Assembly: GCA_044892525.1 (NCBI GenBank)
Contig: CM097886.1
Location: 19,282,001 to 19,346,000 of the forward strand
Source of the DNA: Schmidtea polychroa
Lineage: Eukaryota
Direction: 5' to 3'
Length of the DNA stretch: 64,000 nt
Below are positions 47,176 to 59,980 of the stretch, piece after piece. The notes beneath the pieces were generated by a model. That model searched no databases. It saw only the letters and a list, made by a program, of their open reading frames with translations, and was not told where the DNA came from. Made by a program: the position numbers and the translations under genes. How positions within the stretch are numbered: the first letter of the stretch is position 1; each line of letters begins with the position of its first letter.

Positions 47176-49850
47176 ATGATGTTTGCTAAAGTGGCACCCA
47201 CCGAAAATTCAAACTATATAGAAATACCGACAAACGAAGACGGTTCAATAAGAATCAGCGAATTGCGGAAACATTTTGCTAACTGTGTAGGAATACGATA
47301 TCGATGTAAATCCACTGGAAATTTGAGAGGCACTCACGTGTTTGATGACCAATTACAATTGCCATTGGGGGTTACTTGGCGCGATAATGTGTTTCATTGT
47401 GTATATGAAGGTGACATTCTTTCATTGTAATGTATACTGAATTGTTATCAAGAAACACGAAGAAAATTAGAAGAACCAAATTCTAAAATGAAATATAGTT
47501 TAAATGAAAAGTTCCAATTGAAAACATTCGATATGATCGCTCTCGGATTACCAGATGATATTACCGATGAATCTTTCTATCGTTATTTCTCCAAATTCGG
47601 TAAATTAAAAATGTGCGAGGTAAAATAAAAATTGACACTTTAACAGGCAATTGTAACAAAAAAAAATCATATTTTACAGCTTAGAAAAAACTTGAAGAAA
47701 CCCAAATCGAAAGGTTACGGATTCCTGAGATATGAAAATTTTGACGACCAAAACGAGTGCATTAAAACTGATCATACAATTGGATATACAAATGTTTGTT
47801 TACGACTTCCAACAGCTAAAGTAAATCTTTTTTATTTGTTAGAAATCGGGTGAGTTAGATTTAGATGGACAATTCAACATGTAAACGGAAAGTATTTGTC
47901 ACTAACATCACTCCGTCTGTCACTCAGGAAGATATTCTCGAATATTTTAGTGTATTTGGAAAGGTTCTATTTTAAGCTTTTTGCTTTTGATTCGTGTAGC
48001 GAATGACGTGTGCTGATTGGTTTGATTGTTTGATCAATTGTCTCGATACCAGTTGAATCGGTTGTCGTTGTGTAATCAGATGAGTAGTCGTGTTTGTGTG
48101 TATGCGTGCGTGCTAACATTTCTGCATTGCTCTCCACGATGAGTAAATTATAATTGCATCGTCAAATTTCAATCGATTAATTTCAGTAATCATCTTATGT
48201 ACTTGTTACATATAGTTATTTGTATATTCAAAATGGTTGCTAATGAAGTTTTATTTGGCTAATTCATAATTTTTTATTTGCCATTATTATTGAAATGAGT
48301 TTCGCTTTAGATTGTCGAAATTTTCATGCCTCCAGCATCCAATATACACGCGTTTCTTACATTCGACTCGGAAGATTCGGTTCTACGAATTTTTAGATTT
48401 GGAGATTCTCATAGAGTGTTTGGTGGATATGTGAGTTTTATTATTATCAGTTTTTTATTGGGTCTTTGAATACTATTTTTGATTGTGCTAATTTAATATT
48501 ACAATGCATTTTGGAGGTAAAACTTGAATGATTGGGTAAATTAAGATTAAAAAATATCTCCCTCGTTTGTGCTAATACTCCAATTTCAGAATCCCATCTA
48601 TTTTAAAGTTAAATTTCAAAGCAGAACCCTGGTCAACGGTATTCGAATGTGTGATCATTCCTTTGTTTTGAAAATGTTTGAGTTTTTTTTAATTATTTAT
48701 TACTAGGTTGTAGTAGAAAGGGTCTATACCAAGCAAGAAATGTTACGATTGGGCACGTCAAAAACGGAAAATAACGAACGAGATTATTCAAATAACGTCT
48801 ATCATAATAATCAATTCGATAGTGAACAAAGCTTTGATGAATGCATCACAAAGCCGCCCTTTGGACAGTCGGAGTATGAAACATCGGTTGATCGACGAAA
48901 TGAACAGCAAAATAATTTTGATTATTCTTTGGCTCAACAGAGTGAAACTGATCAGTCAGCAGATCAGCATAATTATTATTATCCTCAACAATATCAACAC
49001 GAAGAGTACAATTACGACAAGCACAATTTTGAGAAACAAAGTAAAGATCAATTTTCGTACGATGCATATCAATCTCAAACAGTACATCCTGATCAAGTGT
49101 ATTACAAGCATTTGCAATCGCAATATCTCGATGATCATTATAAACAGTCTTATCCAGATTATCAACATCTTGATTTTTACAATCCAGATTACACGGATTC
49201 ATTTCAAAAAGCTGATTTCAACTACTCAACCGAACATCAACAGTTTCCTCTCAATTCGCTTCAAAATCAGTCATTTACAAATGAGCAATTTCCGCTTAAG
49301 TTATATGAAAACCATCCTATTCAAAATTATCAAACACAGAGTCCAATATATTCTTTTACTAACCCTAATTTATCAAATCATCAATATATACAACAACCAA
49401 TTCCACAAAATCCAAGTACGATCATCTGCCAATAACTCATAACGAATATGATTTTAGATACAATGTCATATCAGAATTTGACATATCCCGATAATTCTAT
49501 TCACCATGTTCCTTTGAGTGAGGCGAATAACTCTCACGTATGAGCGTTGTTAAATCTACTCATTTAATTTATTTTCTTAGACTGGTGGTTTGTCGTTGCA
49601 GATTATATCTGAGATCGTATATCGAGTCCTCGAACAAGCGTCATCACCAAATGAGAAAGATTTACTCATCAAATTATTGGTTGAGCAGTTATTGTCTACG
49701 AAAATAAATACCGACTTGGACTCCCCGTGTGAAAATGAAGCAATCAATGTGGAAAAACTAATTAAACTTCTGCAAAATCAAAATGTTCTAGATTCAATAA
49801 TTCAAGTGCAGGAGAACAAGCTTAGTAATGTATTTAACAAGAATAAATGA
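47176..49850 (+). CDS. TARDBP: TDP-43/TARDBP-like RNA-binding protein, 8 exons, 606 aa
   Basis: Exons 47176-47410, 47453-47619, 47680-47820, 47865-47963, 48311-48430, 48707-49415, 49458-49537, 49581-49850; all GT-AG and phase-consistent (1821 nt). TDP-43 NTD (IEIPTNEDGSI...GIRYR...LRG...W), RRM1 (KTFDMIALGLP, SKGYGFLRY), RRM2 (RKVFVTNI, HAFLTF), then a Q/Y/N/H-rich tail. Orthology versus paralogy not established. Confidence 0.9.
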
Positions 49851-49991
49851 AAGGATCAAAGAACAATAATTAGTAACTACTCATCTAGTGTTTATATTTT
49901 TTCATATTATCAAGTCTAATCTATTTATTCTTTAAATTTCTACATATTTCCTGGTTACTGTCTGGATGTTATCGTTCATGTAACAAAACTT

Positions 49992-50404
49992 ATTTCGTCC
50001 TCGAAAATTGATTTGGTTTGAATAATAAACATTTATCGACAATCTCTGATATGGCTCGTTGGTAAATCCTCATACAAATTTGAAATGTAGTTGAGATGTG
50101 CATTCGAACATTGTCGAACTACTTGATAAGTTTTCATAAATTTCCATAAAGTGTGATATAGGATCACTAGAGTTCAGAACGATATCCAAGGAACGACCTG
50201 AAGCGTAGAAAAAAGAACTGCTTGAATTTAAACATACATCATTGTTATTCTCGTAAACATTTTCATTGTCATAATCGTAAACATTTGAATTTTCATACTC
50301 GTCAAAAATTTCATTGGTGCATTAAATGTCTCCAATATAATTTGAGTAATATATCATCTGTCAGCTTTGGGAATATTGAAAAGAACTTCTCTATCAGATG
50401 CGAC
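49992..50404 (-). pseudogene. Actin pseudogene fragment
   Basis: NIPKADR*YITQIILETFNAP, MYV*IQAVL and YASGRSLDIVLNSSDPISHFMEIYE align in order with actin [29 protein letters not shown] and [25 protein letters not shown] (15/25 identical in the last block). Has stops, frameshifts and a small internal duplication. Confidence 0.75.
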
Positions 50405-50429
50405 AGATTAACCATAAACACTTATGAAT

Positions 50430-52992
50430 TCATATGATTACTTTATATAGTCCATCATATCTGTCCTGGCTTTTATTGCGTGTTTCTAATTTTACTAACG
50501 TTAAATTTCCTCCTTTGTTCCTCTTGCTCTTCCTTTACCTGGTTTTCCTTTGACCTGTACCATTTTTCCCTGATAAACTTTATTCCAAAAACTATCTCTG
50601 CCGGGCTTTTTCCTGTAGTTTTTTGTTTGGTTGCATTTACGGTAAATTCAACTTCTCTTATCTCTGCCCAATCCGTCTTCATTCTGTCTCGTAAAGTAGC
50701 ATTTATCAGCTCTCGTATTGTCTTGAATTGCCTTTCTATCTGTCCATTTGTTTGGTGATGGTATGGACTCGAAAAACATAACTTAATATCAAGTTTCTTT
50801 GTGAATTCTCTCATCATTCCTGATTCAAACGCCTTCCTACAATCAACTCTTATCTCCTTTGGGCATCCAAATCTTAAAATTCATTTTTCTAAAATCGTTT
50901 TCTTTATTGTTTCCTCGGCTTGTCTTGCTATAGCTGTCAACACTTGATAATTACTATATTGATCTATTATACCCAATATATACTTCTCACGTCCTTTTGT
51001 TTCTTGCATTTGTCGAAATATAATAACTAACATTTCGGTTGATTCTAGTTTTTTTACTGGTTCCTTCGTTTTCCCTTTTTTCCATACCGAGATTAACGGC
51101 GTGTTCCTTGGGGAGTTGCATTTCCGTATAATCCCGTTTGTTTCCAAATTTAATGATTGACGATATGGTTTTATATTTATCGGTTCACCTCTTGTAATTA
51201 TCTTATGTTTTACTAAATGCGTTCGACCAACAACCCATTTTACCGCCATAAACACGTTTCCACTGTTCATTATTATTTCCTTTAATTTACTATTCTCAAT
51301 AATCTTTAGATGTTCCAACGCTAGGGTCAATCTTTCTCCATCTTTTATTTGTCTGCCGAATTTTGCTTCAATGTTACAAATATAGTTCTTGTCTTTTTCA
51401 CTAGATTCGATATCTTTCTTTTATTTCCAGCCTATATCCAAATGCTTCTTGTAATTCTACTCCAATCACCTCTGGTGTTACTTTCTCCGCCACAATGAAT
51501 CTAACTTACTTTGAAATATCTCCGATAGTTACTTTAACCTTTGTTCTTCCAATTTTCTCTATTGAACATTCGTTTGCACAACTTATCGTCGCTTCTCATC
51601 AATCTTTGTCCTCGTAACTTGTTAAAACAGTTCACACTCATTACGTTTATTCGTGCGCCGGTGTCTAATAAACAGTCGAAAATTTCCCCATTCATCATTA
51701 CTGTTACATTAGGTCTTCCCTGTAGCCTGTTATATACAATTTCTACCTCCTGCCCGTTTCAATTGTTCCAATTCTTTCGACTTCCTCTTCAAACTTTTCT
51801 TTCCTTAGGAACCTGTATACTTTCTTAATTACCTTCCTACATTCTCCCACTTTTCTACCCTTTGAGGATATCCCATCCACTTTTCTGTTAGTATATGGCT
51901 CCAACCAACTCCTCTACTGGTGGAGCCCTGTTGTTTGGGTACGTCCTACTAAAATTATCTTCATTTGTCTCTACGCACGATTCTATTTCCTCTTCTTCTT
52001 CGATTCCATTAATCCGGCTGTATCTGTTTCCTGTCGGTCTTTATTTCTCTATCGATTTCTTGTAACTCGACTTTGTATAAAATTCTTCTGATCTATGACC
52101 ATTTCTGTTGCATTTTTTACACCGTATTTCTTGACATAACCTTCTTGATATGACGTTCTTTTCCACAACCAAAACATCTTGGCACTTTTTTATCTGGACA
52201 ATTCCAACTTATACGTCCGCTTCTGTGACATATCCAGCACTTTATCTTACTTCTTATTGGACATTCTATTTTCGCGTGGCCTATTTTGTGGCATAGCCAG
52301 GACTCTGGTTCTTCTCGTCGCCTGCCTTCTTCTCTTTCATCTTTCTGCTTGTGCTGTCCTCTTCTCTGTGGATCAGATAGACGACTTTTGTATAACCTTT
52401 CATTGCGTTTATCTGATCTCCCTGACTGTCCACTTTATTCATCAGAATTAATGTTTTCTTTATCTCCTCTGTGCTTTATATCCTCCGCAATATTACTTCT
52501 TTTCCAACTTCTTTTTTTCTCAGCACATACTATCAACATCTTTGCTGTTATTTTCTCTTTGGTGAATTATTTATTCTCAAACAACCTGTCAACAAGGTCC
52601 TCCACTTTTTTAAAATATATTTCAATCTCTTCGCCTCTTTTTTTATAATTCAATAAACTTTCCATATCCTTTATTACGTCTCTTTAGTAATCAAATGTCA
52701 TTCGTAACCTGGCTTGAAATCCTCCTGCTTTTTTAACTGTCTTCGCATATTTCTCCAATAGATCCTCGTCGATCATGCATGCAGTCAATCTTTCCTGTTC
52801 TTTTTTATTGATGCCTTTAGCATCGAAATAAATCTCGCATCTTCTAATGAATTTTTCCAAGTCATCACCTTGACATAACACCTTTGGCAATAATCTTTCG
52901 GTAATCGCGTCAGTGTTTACCGCTGCCACCATATTAAGATTCTCATCCGTTAGAACATTAATATCTGTTTTCAAATCACTAAATAATTCCAT
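50430..52992 (-). mobile_element. Decayed, internally deleted Gypsy element (Gypsy-C)
   Basis: Gag (PKVLCQGDDLEKFIRRCEIYF...APPVEELVGAIY*), protease LLDTGARINV, RT start (HLVKHKIITRGEPINIKPYR..NSPRNTPL) jumping straight to integrase (YILGIIDQYS, SSPYHHQTNGQIER, DRYDGLYKVI); RT core and RNase H absent; LTRs not located. Confidence 0.85.
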
Positions 52993-53855
52993 AAATTTTA
53001 TTTAATAAATTATACACTCAAAACACTTTTCTTCCCTTTTTTTGTTAATTAAACAAATTTCTATTTCCCTTTAAAATATTTTTTAAGAATGCTAAATTTC
53101 ATTCTTCTTTTTAAAATATTTTTCAATAAAAATATTTTTTTAAATTTAACAAAATTTCTAATTAAATCTTTAAGAATCAATCTATCAACTTCCTCATAGT
53201 AAGTATGTATGTTTCTATAATGTTAGATTAATGCTTTTATTCATATATTATAGGAAGCGTATCTGGGTGGTGTATTCTGAGTTGACCTAGATATTTTCTA
53301 GGGAGGGTGGTTGATCCAGCGGTGACATTTCCATCTACTGTTGTCATAATTTTCTCCGGAATATATTGATTTTTCGTTTCAAATGAAATTAATAAATTTT
53401 TATTAATTAATTAAATTAAATATTTATTTCCAAAGGAGTTAATTAATTTAATTTATCAGAATTAAAAGTTTTCAGCTTAGTGTGCATCAATTACTGCTTT
53501 TGTAATGATACATTTGCAGAATAAAGCTTTTAAGTTCTTCAAAAATTTCTTAAAATGTTGTCAATAATTTATATATTAAATAACTGTAGAATGTAGAAAG
53601 AATTTATTTTTTGTAGGCTCTTTAAAAATATTTTGACAACACTATATGTAACTTATACAGAATTGAAAAATAAATAGAAATTACAATGAACTGTGAAAAT
53701 AATATGGCTTTCCCAATGAACTGAAAAGAAAAAAGTAATAAAAATAATTATATTAATATCACATATAGATTGGTAGACAACCTCTGATCGAGAAAAGAAT
53801 AGTTTGACAAAACATATTGCATAAATCATATAAGTATGCATAAAAATGTAGACAG

Positions 53856-53914
53856 AATAATAATAAATAATAATAATAATAAATAATAATAATAGTAATA
53901 ATAATAATAATAAT
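53856..53914. repeat. Imperfect (AAT)n microsatellite
   Basis: Direct reading. Confidence 0.85.
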
Positions 53915-55012
53915 TAATGAAAGAAATAATAATAATAAAACATTCATAATACCGACACGTACATCCATTGTCCCAAACCTGCTAAGCATTCCTCAATATC
54001 ATTTAATGATAAATAAACAATTTGTTAATAATAATCTTTACATACCGCTTGACATGGAATGTTGTGTAAAATACGGGACACAATATTAATTGGAAAATAA
54101 ATAAATATAGATAAATAATCTAGATATATCCACATTATAACCAGCCAATAAATATCGAGACGAAAGCACAAATTTAACAGAAAAATAAAAACTCCAATTT
54201 CCCGCGATGAATGAATGTGACAGATTTGAAAATTTGAAACGTTACATCACAACCGAATTTTTTTTAAAACGGAGGTTTCATTAGTGCTGATAAAAGACTG
54301 TTGGAAAGTTATGCTCGATCTGTTGACAGCATTGAGAACTTTGTGAGAACACAATAGGCAATTTGATCGTACTAAACCAAATAATTTTAATCGGTTTGTG
54401 TGAATGTCGATAAATTTAACAAGCGTTTACCATAAAGAGCATCACCACATTTATTAATTTCTACATTTGTATTCACATGATAATATGACGTAACGGGTTG
54501 TCTCCTTATAGGGGGTGGTACAAAATCCTGGGGAATAATACCCAAACTATCTGCAGAAATTCATGAAAGTATTATCGGAATGATTTTTACAAAAATATAT
54601 TTCATTTACCAAATATATAATTTTGTCATTTTATAATCTCACCTGTCCGTAATTTCTACACGCAATGACATTGGATTGTGAAATCCATGCATTTGTCAGA
54701 TACATACAATTTGAAAGGGTTAATCAAAAATGAATATCGTTTTTAATAATAAATAAATTAATATATATAAAAAAACAGTAATTTTATTTCCGTCTGCAGC
54801 ATTATAGTAACATGAGAATTCGGTGCAGTAATCATTTATTTAAATTTATATTACATTTAAGTGAGTAGAGGCACATTTATAACAATCACATAGTCATATC
54901 TACTTTCAAAGCATTCCGTAAATTTTTGATCAAAGTTTGCTTTTGCCCCACATATCAATGTCAAAATTATATAAAAATATCATTTTATGTTAAAAATAAA
55001 ACTATTAAATTA

Positions 55013-56051
55013 CAGTAAAACTCGTTTAATGTGACCTCGGATAAATAAGCAACCCCTCAAATTGAACATATATAAGTTCAATTGTTTGGTTTAAGCAATT
55101 TTAATATATAAATTAATTGCTCAATTGAACAATCTTTTAAATGAACAACTCTGATTAATGAACTCCAATTAAGGCCATTGTTTGTTTTACAAACTTTTAA
55201 TTGAACATTAATTTTTTTTATTGGATATCATTATTTTACATAATTATAAATACTTAAATCCAATCCAAAAATTATATATTATTATAAATTATATATCTAT
55301 TAAATAATTTTTGTCAAATTAAAATGTCTAAACGAAAAGCAGCAACATTAGAAGAAAAATACGAAATAATCAAGCGAATCGAATAAGAAAGTTTCCCAAA
55401 TCCGAATTTCTACTGAAACAGGAGTTCCACGAAGCACAATAGCAAGATGGTGCAGGCTTGAAAAAGATAAAATTATAGAGGTATATGAAGCAAACAATTA
55501 AAGTTCTGCAAGAAAGCGTCTCAGAGGTTTAAAATATGAAAATATCGATGAGTGCCTTTTTGAATGGTTCAAAGAAAAAAGAAAAGTTAATATTACAATA
55601 AATGATCCTATTCTTCAAGCAAAAGCAGAAAATTTTGCAAAACGTCTTGGACAAGACTTCAAACCATGTAATAGATGGCTTGACCGATGGAAAACAAGAT
55701 ATAATGTATCCTTCCAAATTCTTAATGGAGAATCGACCAAAGTTAATGAATCAACGGCAGAAGAATGGTTAAGTAAACTGTCAAACATTATAAAAGATTT
55801 GAAGTTTGAAGACATTTATAATGCAGATGAGACAGGGCTATTTTAGAAATGTTTGTCAAAAAAATATTTAATATAAAAGGCGAAAAGTGCTTTAATGGTG
55901 AAAAGTTAAAAGAAAGGATTACAATACTTTTAATACTTTTAATAATTAATTAAATAATTTTTTTCTTAATTTAACTCTTTTAATTGAACACCCTGCTATA
56001 TGAACATAACTTTTGTGCCCCATTGAAAGTTCATTTAAACGAGTTTTACTG
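55013..56051 (+). mobile_element. Internally deleted Tigger/pogo element (1039 bp)
   Basis: Perfect 17-bp TIR CAGTAAAACTCGTTTAA with TA TSDs; decayed 5' half of the transposase from ATG 55324 (MSKRKAATLEEKYEII, FEWFKEKR, RWLDRWKTRY, IYNADETGLF); rest of the DDE domain deleted. Confidence 0.92.
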
Positions 56052-58012
56052 TATTATATTTATATGGCAATATTAGGGTCTTTAGGGCTTTCCAATAGAG
56101 TTTGGTTGGATATACACATTCTTTTATTTTAGTTAACAAATGATGATAATCAAAAGTAATTGAGAGAAACAATACTACAATAGGATGCTGCAACACAATA
56201 CAGATCATGTACATGCCGTGGAATTTGGATTCCTGTTCCTTGTAGCTAGAATCCTCGAGTTATATGTGATTTCTTTTTACGTAAACAGTTAACGCGATTG
56301 AACAAATTGAAGAATAAGATTTGTGACAAAATATCAGTGATTTCAGAGCTGACTTTTAAGAATATACAGGACATTTGTTTGATAGAATCATATCATTTTA
56401 TAACTGTCAATATAAATACATAATATAAATTCAAATAAATGTCACTCAAATAACGAGAGACATAAAGAATCTATATATAAATTTTTGATTAACCCTTTAT
56501 TATGAAGCATGGTTGAAAATTTTGTAACTTTTGCATTTATTATAAGTGTATAAAATGGAATCAGTGGCTATGTTTATTTGATTAAATATAGAATCTATGA
56601 AGTCGTGCGAAAAAATATCAAAATCACAATAAAAGTTGAGAAAGAAATAAAACCACGCGTGAAAGGTGTTATACCTTAAAAACACTAAAGATGAGATAAA
56701 TAATCTTTTTGAGGCATTAACACAACAGGATTATCGAAATCAAAAAAAGGAAACATTTTTCATTCTTTCGATAATTTCAAGTATTACTTTATCGGGATAT
56801 AGTTAATGAAAACGGTTTAATAATGAGTATATTAATGAGTATATTGAGTTCTATCCCTTCCCCCGGAATTTGTAAATAAATTCATAATAAGAAATGGATG
56901 GAAACTCTTTAATTAAATTAGAAATGAGAAAAAGTTTTATAGTTAATTTACAAACTCTAAAGGTCGTCAGAAGATTTATGGAAACTGCCTATCCTGGTGA
57001 AATGAAATGAATGTCAAACAATCAGCATGAACGGAGATGGAATCAGTGAATGGCAGCTCAATAAACCAATGGTTAAAAGGTGTGGAATTCCTAAAAGGAA
57101 ATGGAAATTCAAAAACCCTCTAGCCATTTGGTATGGTGATTGTTCAACCATAAATAAAACGATTGCGTAAAATTTAAGCAAAAATCAATATCAACGCAGA
57201 ATACGCGGCGAAAATCAGCTTCAAATAGTTATCAAGCGCAATAGCCTGTTGCTAGTTACATTAATCTATTGTTAATAACAGGCCGATTATTCTTACGCTA
57301 AAAAGAGTCGTCAAAAAGAGAAGTACTCGATTGTCTAGATAAAGAACCATTCACAATCGATGATAGATTATCCCATTCATCACTGTCCCAATTCATGCTA
57401 AACGGTACCATATGAACGCCATTCGAATTCTCTTTAAAAGTTTTTAAATCAAATTTTTGGACTTGGCCTTGGAACAATCGAAAAATCAAATTGGCCTAAG
57501 ATGGTTGTAAATATCACATTAGAAAAGATATAGAAATTATACAAATCCAATATGAAAAGTATTCTATGAATCACCATCAAAACATACCGAATACGATTTG
57601 AAAATCCTGTAGGTCAGATTCTTTGTGTTTGGGTCTGAAATAAAATAGGAATAAATTTGTAATCAATCTTAACATATTTATATTAGCAAGTGATTGAACA
57701 ATAACTCCATTTCTATTAACCCTGTAAAATTCGTTCCAGTTTTCGTTCGCAAATCAACTAAATTTCCAATTATTACAGTTGAGGTAAATTGTCAATATTT
57801 TCAATTATTCCATTAGCTTTTATTAATAAAATCGCACTTTTATCTTCATTGTCATTGACCTTTTTCAATATCCCTTACCCACATTTCCCTTTTTAGATAA
57901 TTGATTAATATTTTATTCCATATTTCATGTTAAATATAAAACAAATATTGATCAATAGTCTAAAAACAATGAAGCCAAATGATTTATTTTAAAATGACAA
58001 TAAATGTATAAG

Positions 58013-58061
<49 letters not shown>
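58013..58061. repeat. (TAA)n microsatellite
   Basis: Direct reading. Confidence 0.95.
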
Positions 58062-58064
<3 letters not shown>

Positions 58065-58490
58065 CTCCAACATACGGGTTCTACAGAAAACCAGCTCACA
58101 AAGAAATATTTATCCACCAAAGATCAGCGCTTCAATACTTACAGAAAGTACATGTCAAAAAAACGAGAAACAAAGGATAGCAAATCGATACACTGAAGAA
58201 AACAAGAACTTTTAACATGAATCAAATTTCAATAAAATCCTACACAGAAACGGATATCAAGGTGAGGACATTGAAAGAATGAATTCTACCCGAAAAAATC
58301 TAGGAAATTAACACAAAAGAATAAATATTTCTATCTTAATATCTTAATAAATCAGTGACATACTCGATTTCAAGATCCTGAAAGAACTTAAACGCACCGG
58401 TCTTCCAATTCGGATAGCACATAAATCTTGGACATTGAGAAAAGCTCTCAGAAAACAACACAAATAGAGAAAACAATTGCACAATGAAAA
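58062..58490 (+). pseudogene. Penelope-like retroelement fragment (RT thumb and linker)
   Basis: FYRKPAHKEIFIHQRSAL, ILHRNGY and ELKRTGLPIRIAHKSWTLRKAL match PLE YRKPT..YLH..S, L..NGY and linker motifs. Confidence 0.6.
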
Positions 58491-59980
58491 ACTGACAGAT
58501 ATATAAATAGTTATTGGAAGCTTTATTTTATAAATATTTTATTAAAATAGGCTTCTAGGGGTTGATTATAGAAGCTTTAAAAATTTTAAAATTTTGGTTG
58601 GTGTTTCATTTTGAATTTTAAAGGATATTTATTTTAATTTTAAATAAAATTTCTTAAAAATTCAGAAATAGAAAGTATATCATTATATTATATTTTTAAC
58701 CAATAAGAAGTGAGAAAAAGGAAATAAAAGAAAGATCGAGATGTATGTTCGGGAAGAAGATTGCTAAATTCCAGGAGATTGACAAGGACTGACTATCTTA
58801 TAATGTTTTCATTAAATACATTATTCGCAACAAAAGGCTTAAATTATCACTTTATTGTTTTAAATAATAATAATAGATAATAAACTTTGTCAAATTATTT
58901 ATTTATTATTGAAAATATTATATACAATTATACAAATATACAAGTCTCCTATGTACCTAAATCATTTCGGTGCTTCATGAATATAATTTGAAACGGCGTT
59001 ATCCAAAATCATATAATTTGATTTATAGAATCACATAGTTTCAATTAAAAGAAATTTATGTTTTGACTAAATTATGTCACAGGTAATTATTTATCAGGTA
59101 TTTTGATATATTTCTCCTCGATATATATTTCTCCCCTCATGTCGATATCCAAGGGTATAATGTAATAGAAGTTTATTTAAATTACGAAACTCACCTAGGA
59201 TTTCAACAATAAATCGATCTGGCTTTTTGGTGAAACATCTTCTGACATTGACAAAATCAACAAACCACTAAAATAAAACCATAATTCATTAAAACAAAAA
59301 AACATTTATAAGTTGAAATTATGAAGTGTATGCAATATGATCAATGTAAGCACTAATAAATTTATAATTGTATAGAGAGGAAAGGTCAATGGATCATAGA
59401 AATATATCATTTTGGGGGTTTTAGTAAGCATCTTACAATATATACCAATTGCATATTTTAAAAGTTATTGGACTCTAAAAAACAAATTAGCGGGATTTTC
59501 AACTTTTTCATTTACACATTTCATTTACAATTTTGTTTATCGTCATTTATTTCAGATTTGTTCAATATTTTTTTAGCATAGCGAATAAAACATTGGTCTA
59601 TAATAATTATGATAAACGAAATGAATTAATTTGTCAAGTTATTTATATGTAAATATAAAAGGATTTTTTTATTCTCTGTCGTATTACATATGGCATAATT
59701 TTATCGCCAAATACATTTAGTATGCAAATAAAATAATAGGTACCATTAAATAAGTGTTTCTTACAATTTCCATACTTTCGAAGCCCTTAAAATTAGGAAC
59801 CCAAAGTTGTATTCACAAAAATGCTTCTATATTTCTGAAAATTGTTAAATGTTTTTGATTACAATATACAATTTAAAGATTCTTTTTAGAAGAATAATGA
59901 TTAAGAATGATTAAACTACTTTTAAAGTTTTTGCACTTCTTGCAGGATATTTCATTTGAAACAAAATATTTTTAGTTTGC

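Noticed and set aside
47843-47855. Micro-exon AAATCGG|GTGAGT inside intron 3 of the TDP-43-like gene
   Set aside because: The flanking introns would be 22 and 15 nt, too short to splice.
49433-49435. Stop-codon readthrough or nonsense mutation in the TDP-43-like gene
   Set aside because: A 42-nt GT-AG intron of typical size removes the TAA in frame.
48822-49442. Overlapping 206-aa (+) ORF and the antisense ORFs 48846-49202 and 48956-49168
   Set aside because: Shadows of the low-complexity TDP-43-like exon; the true frame is fixed by splice phase.
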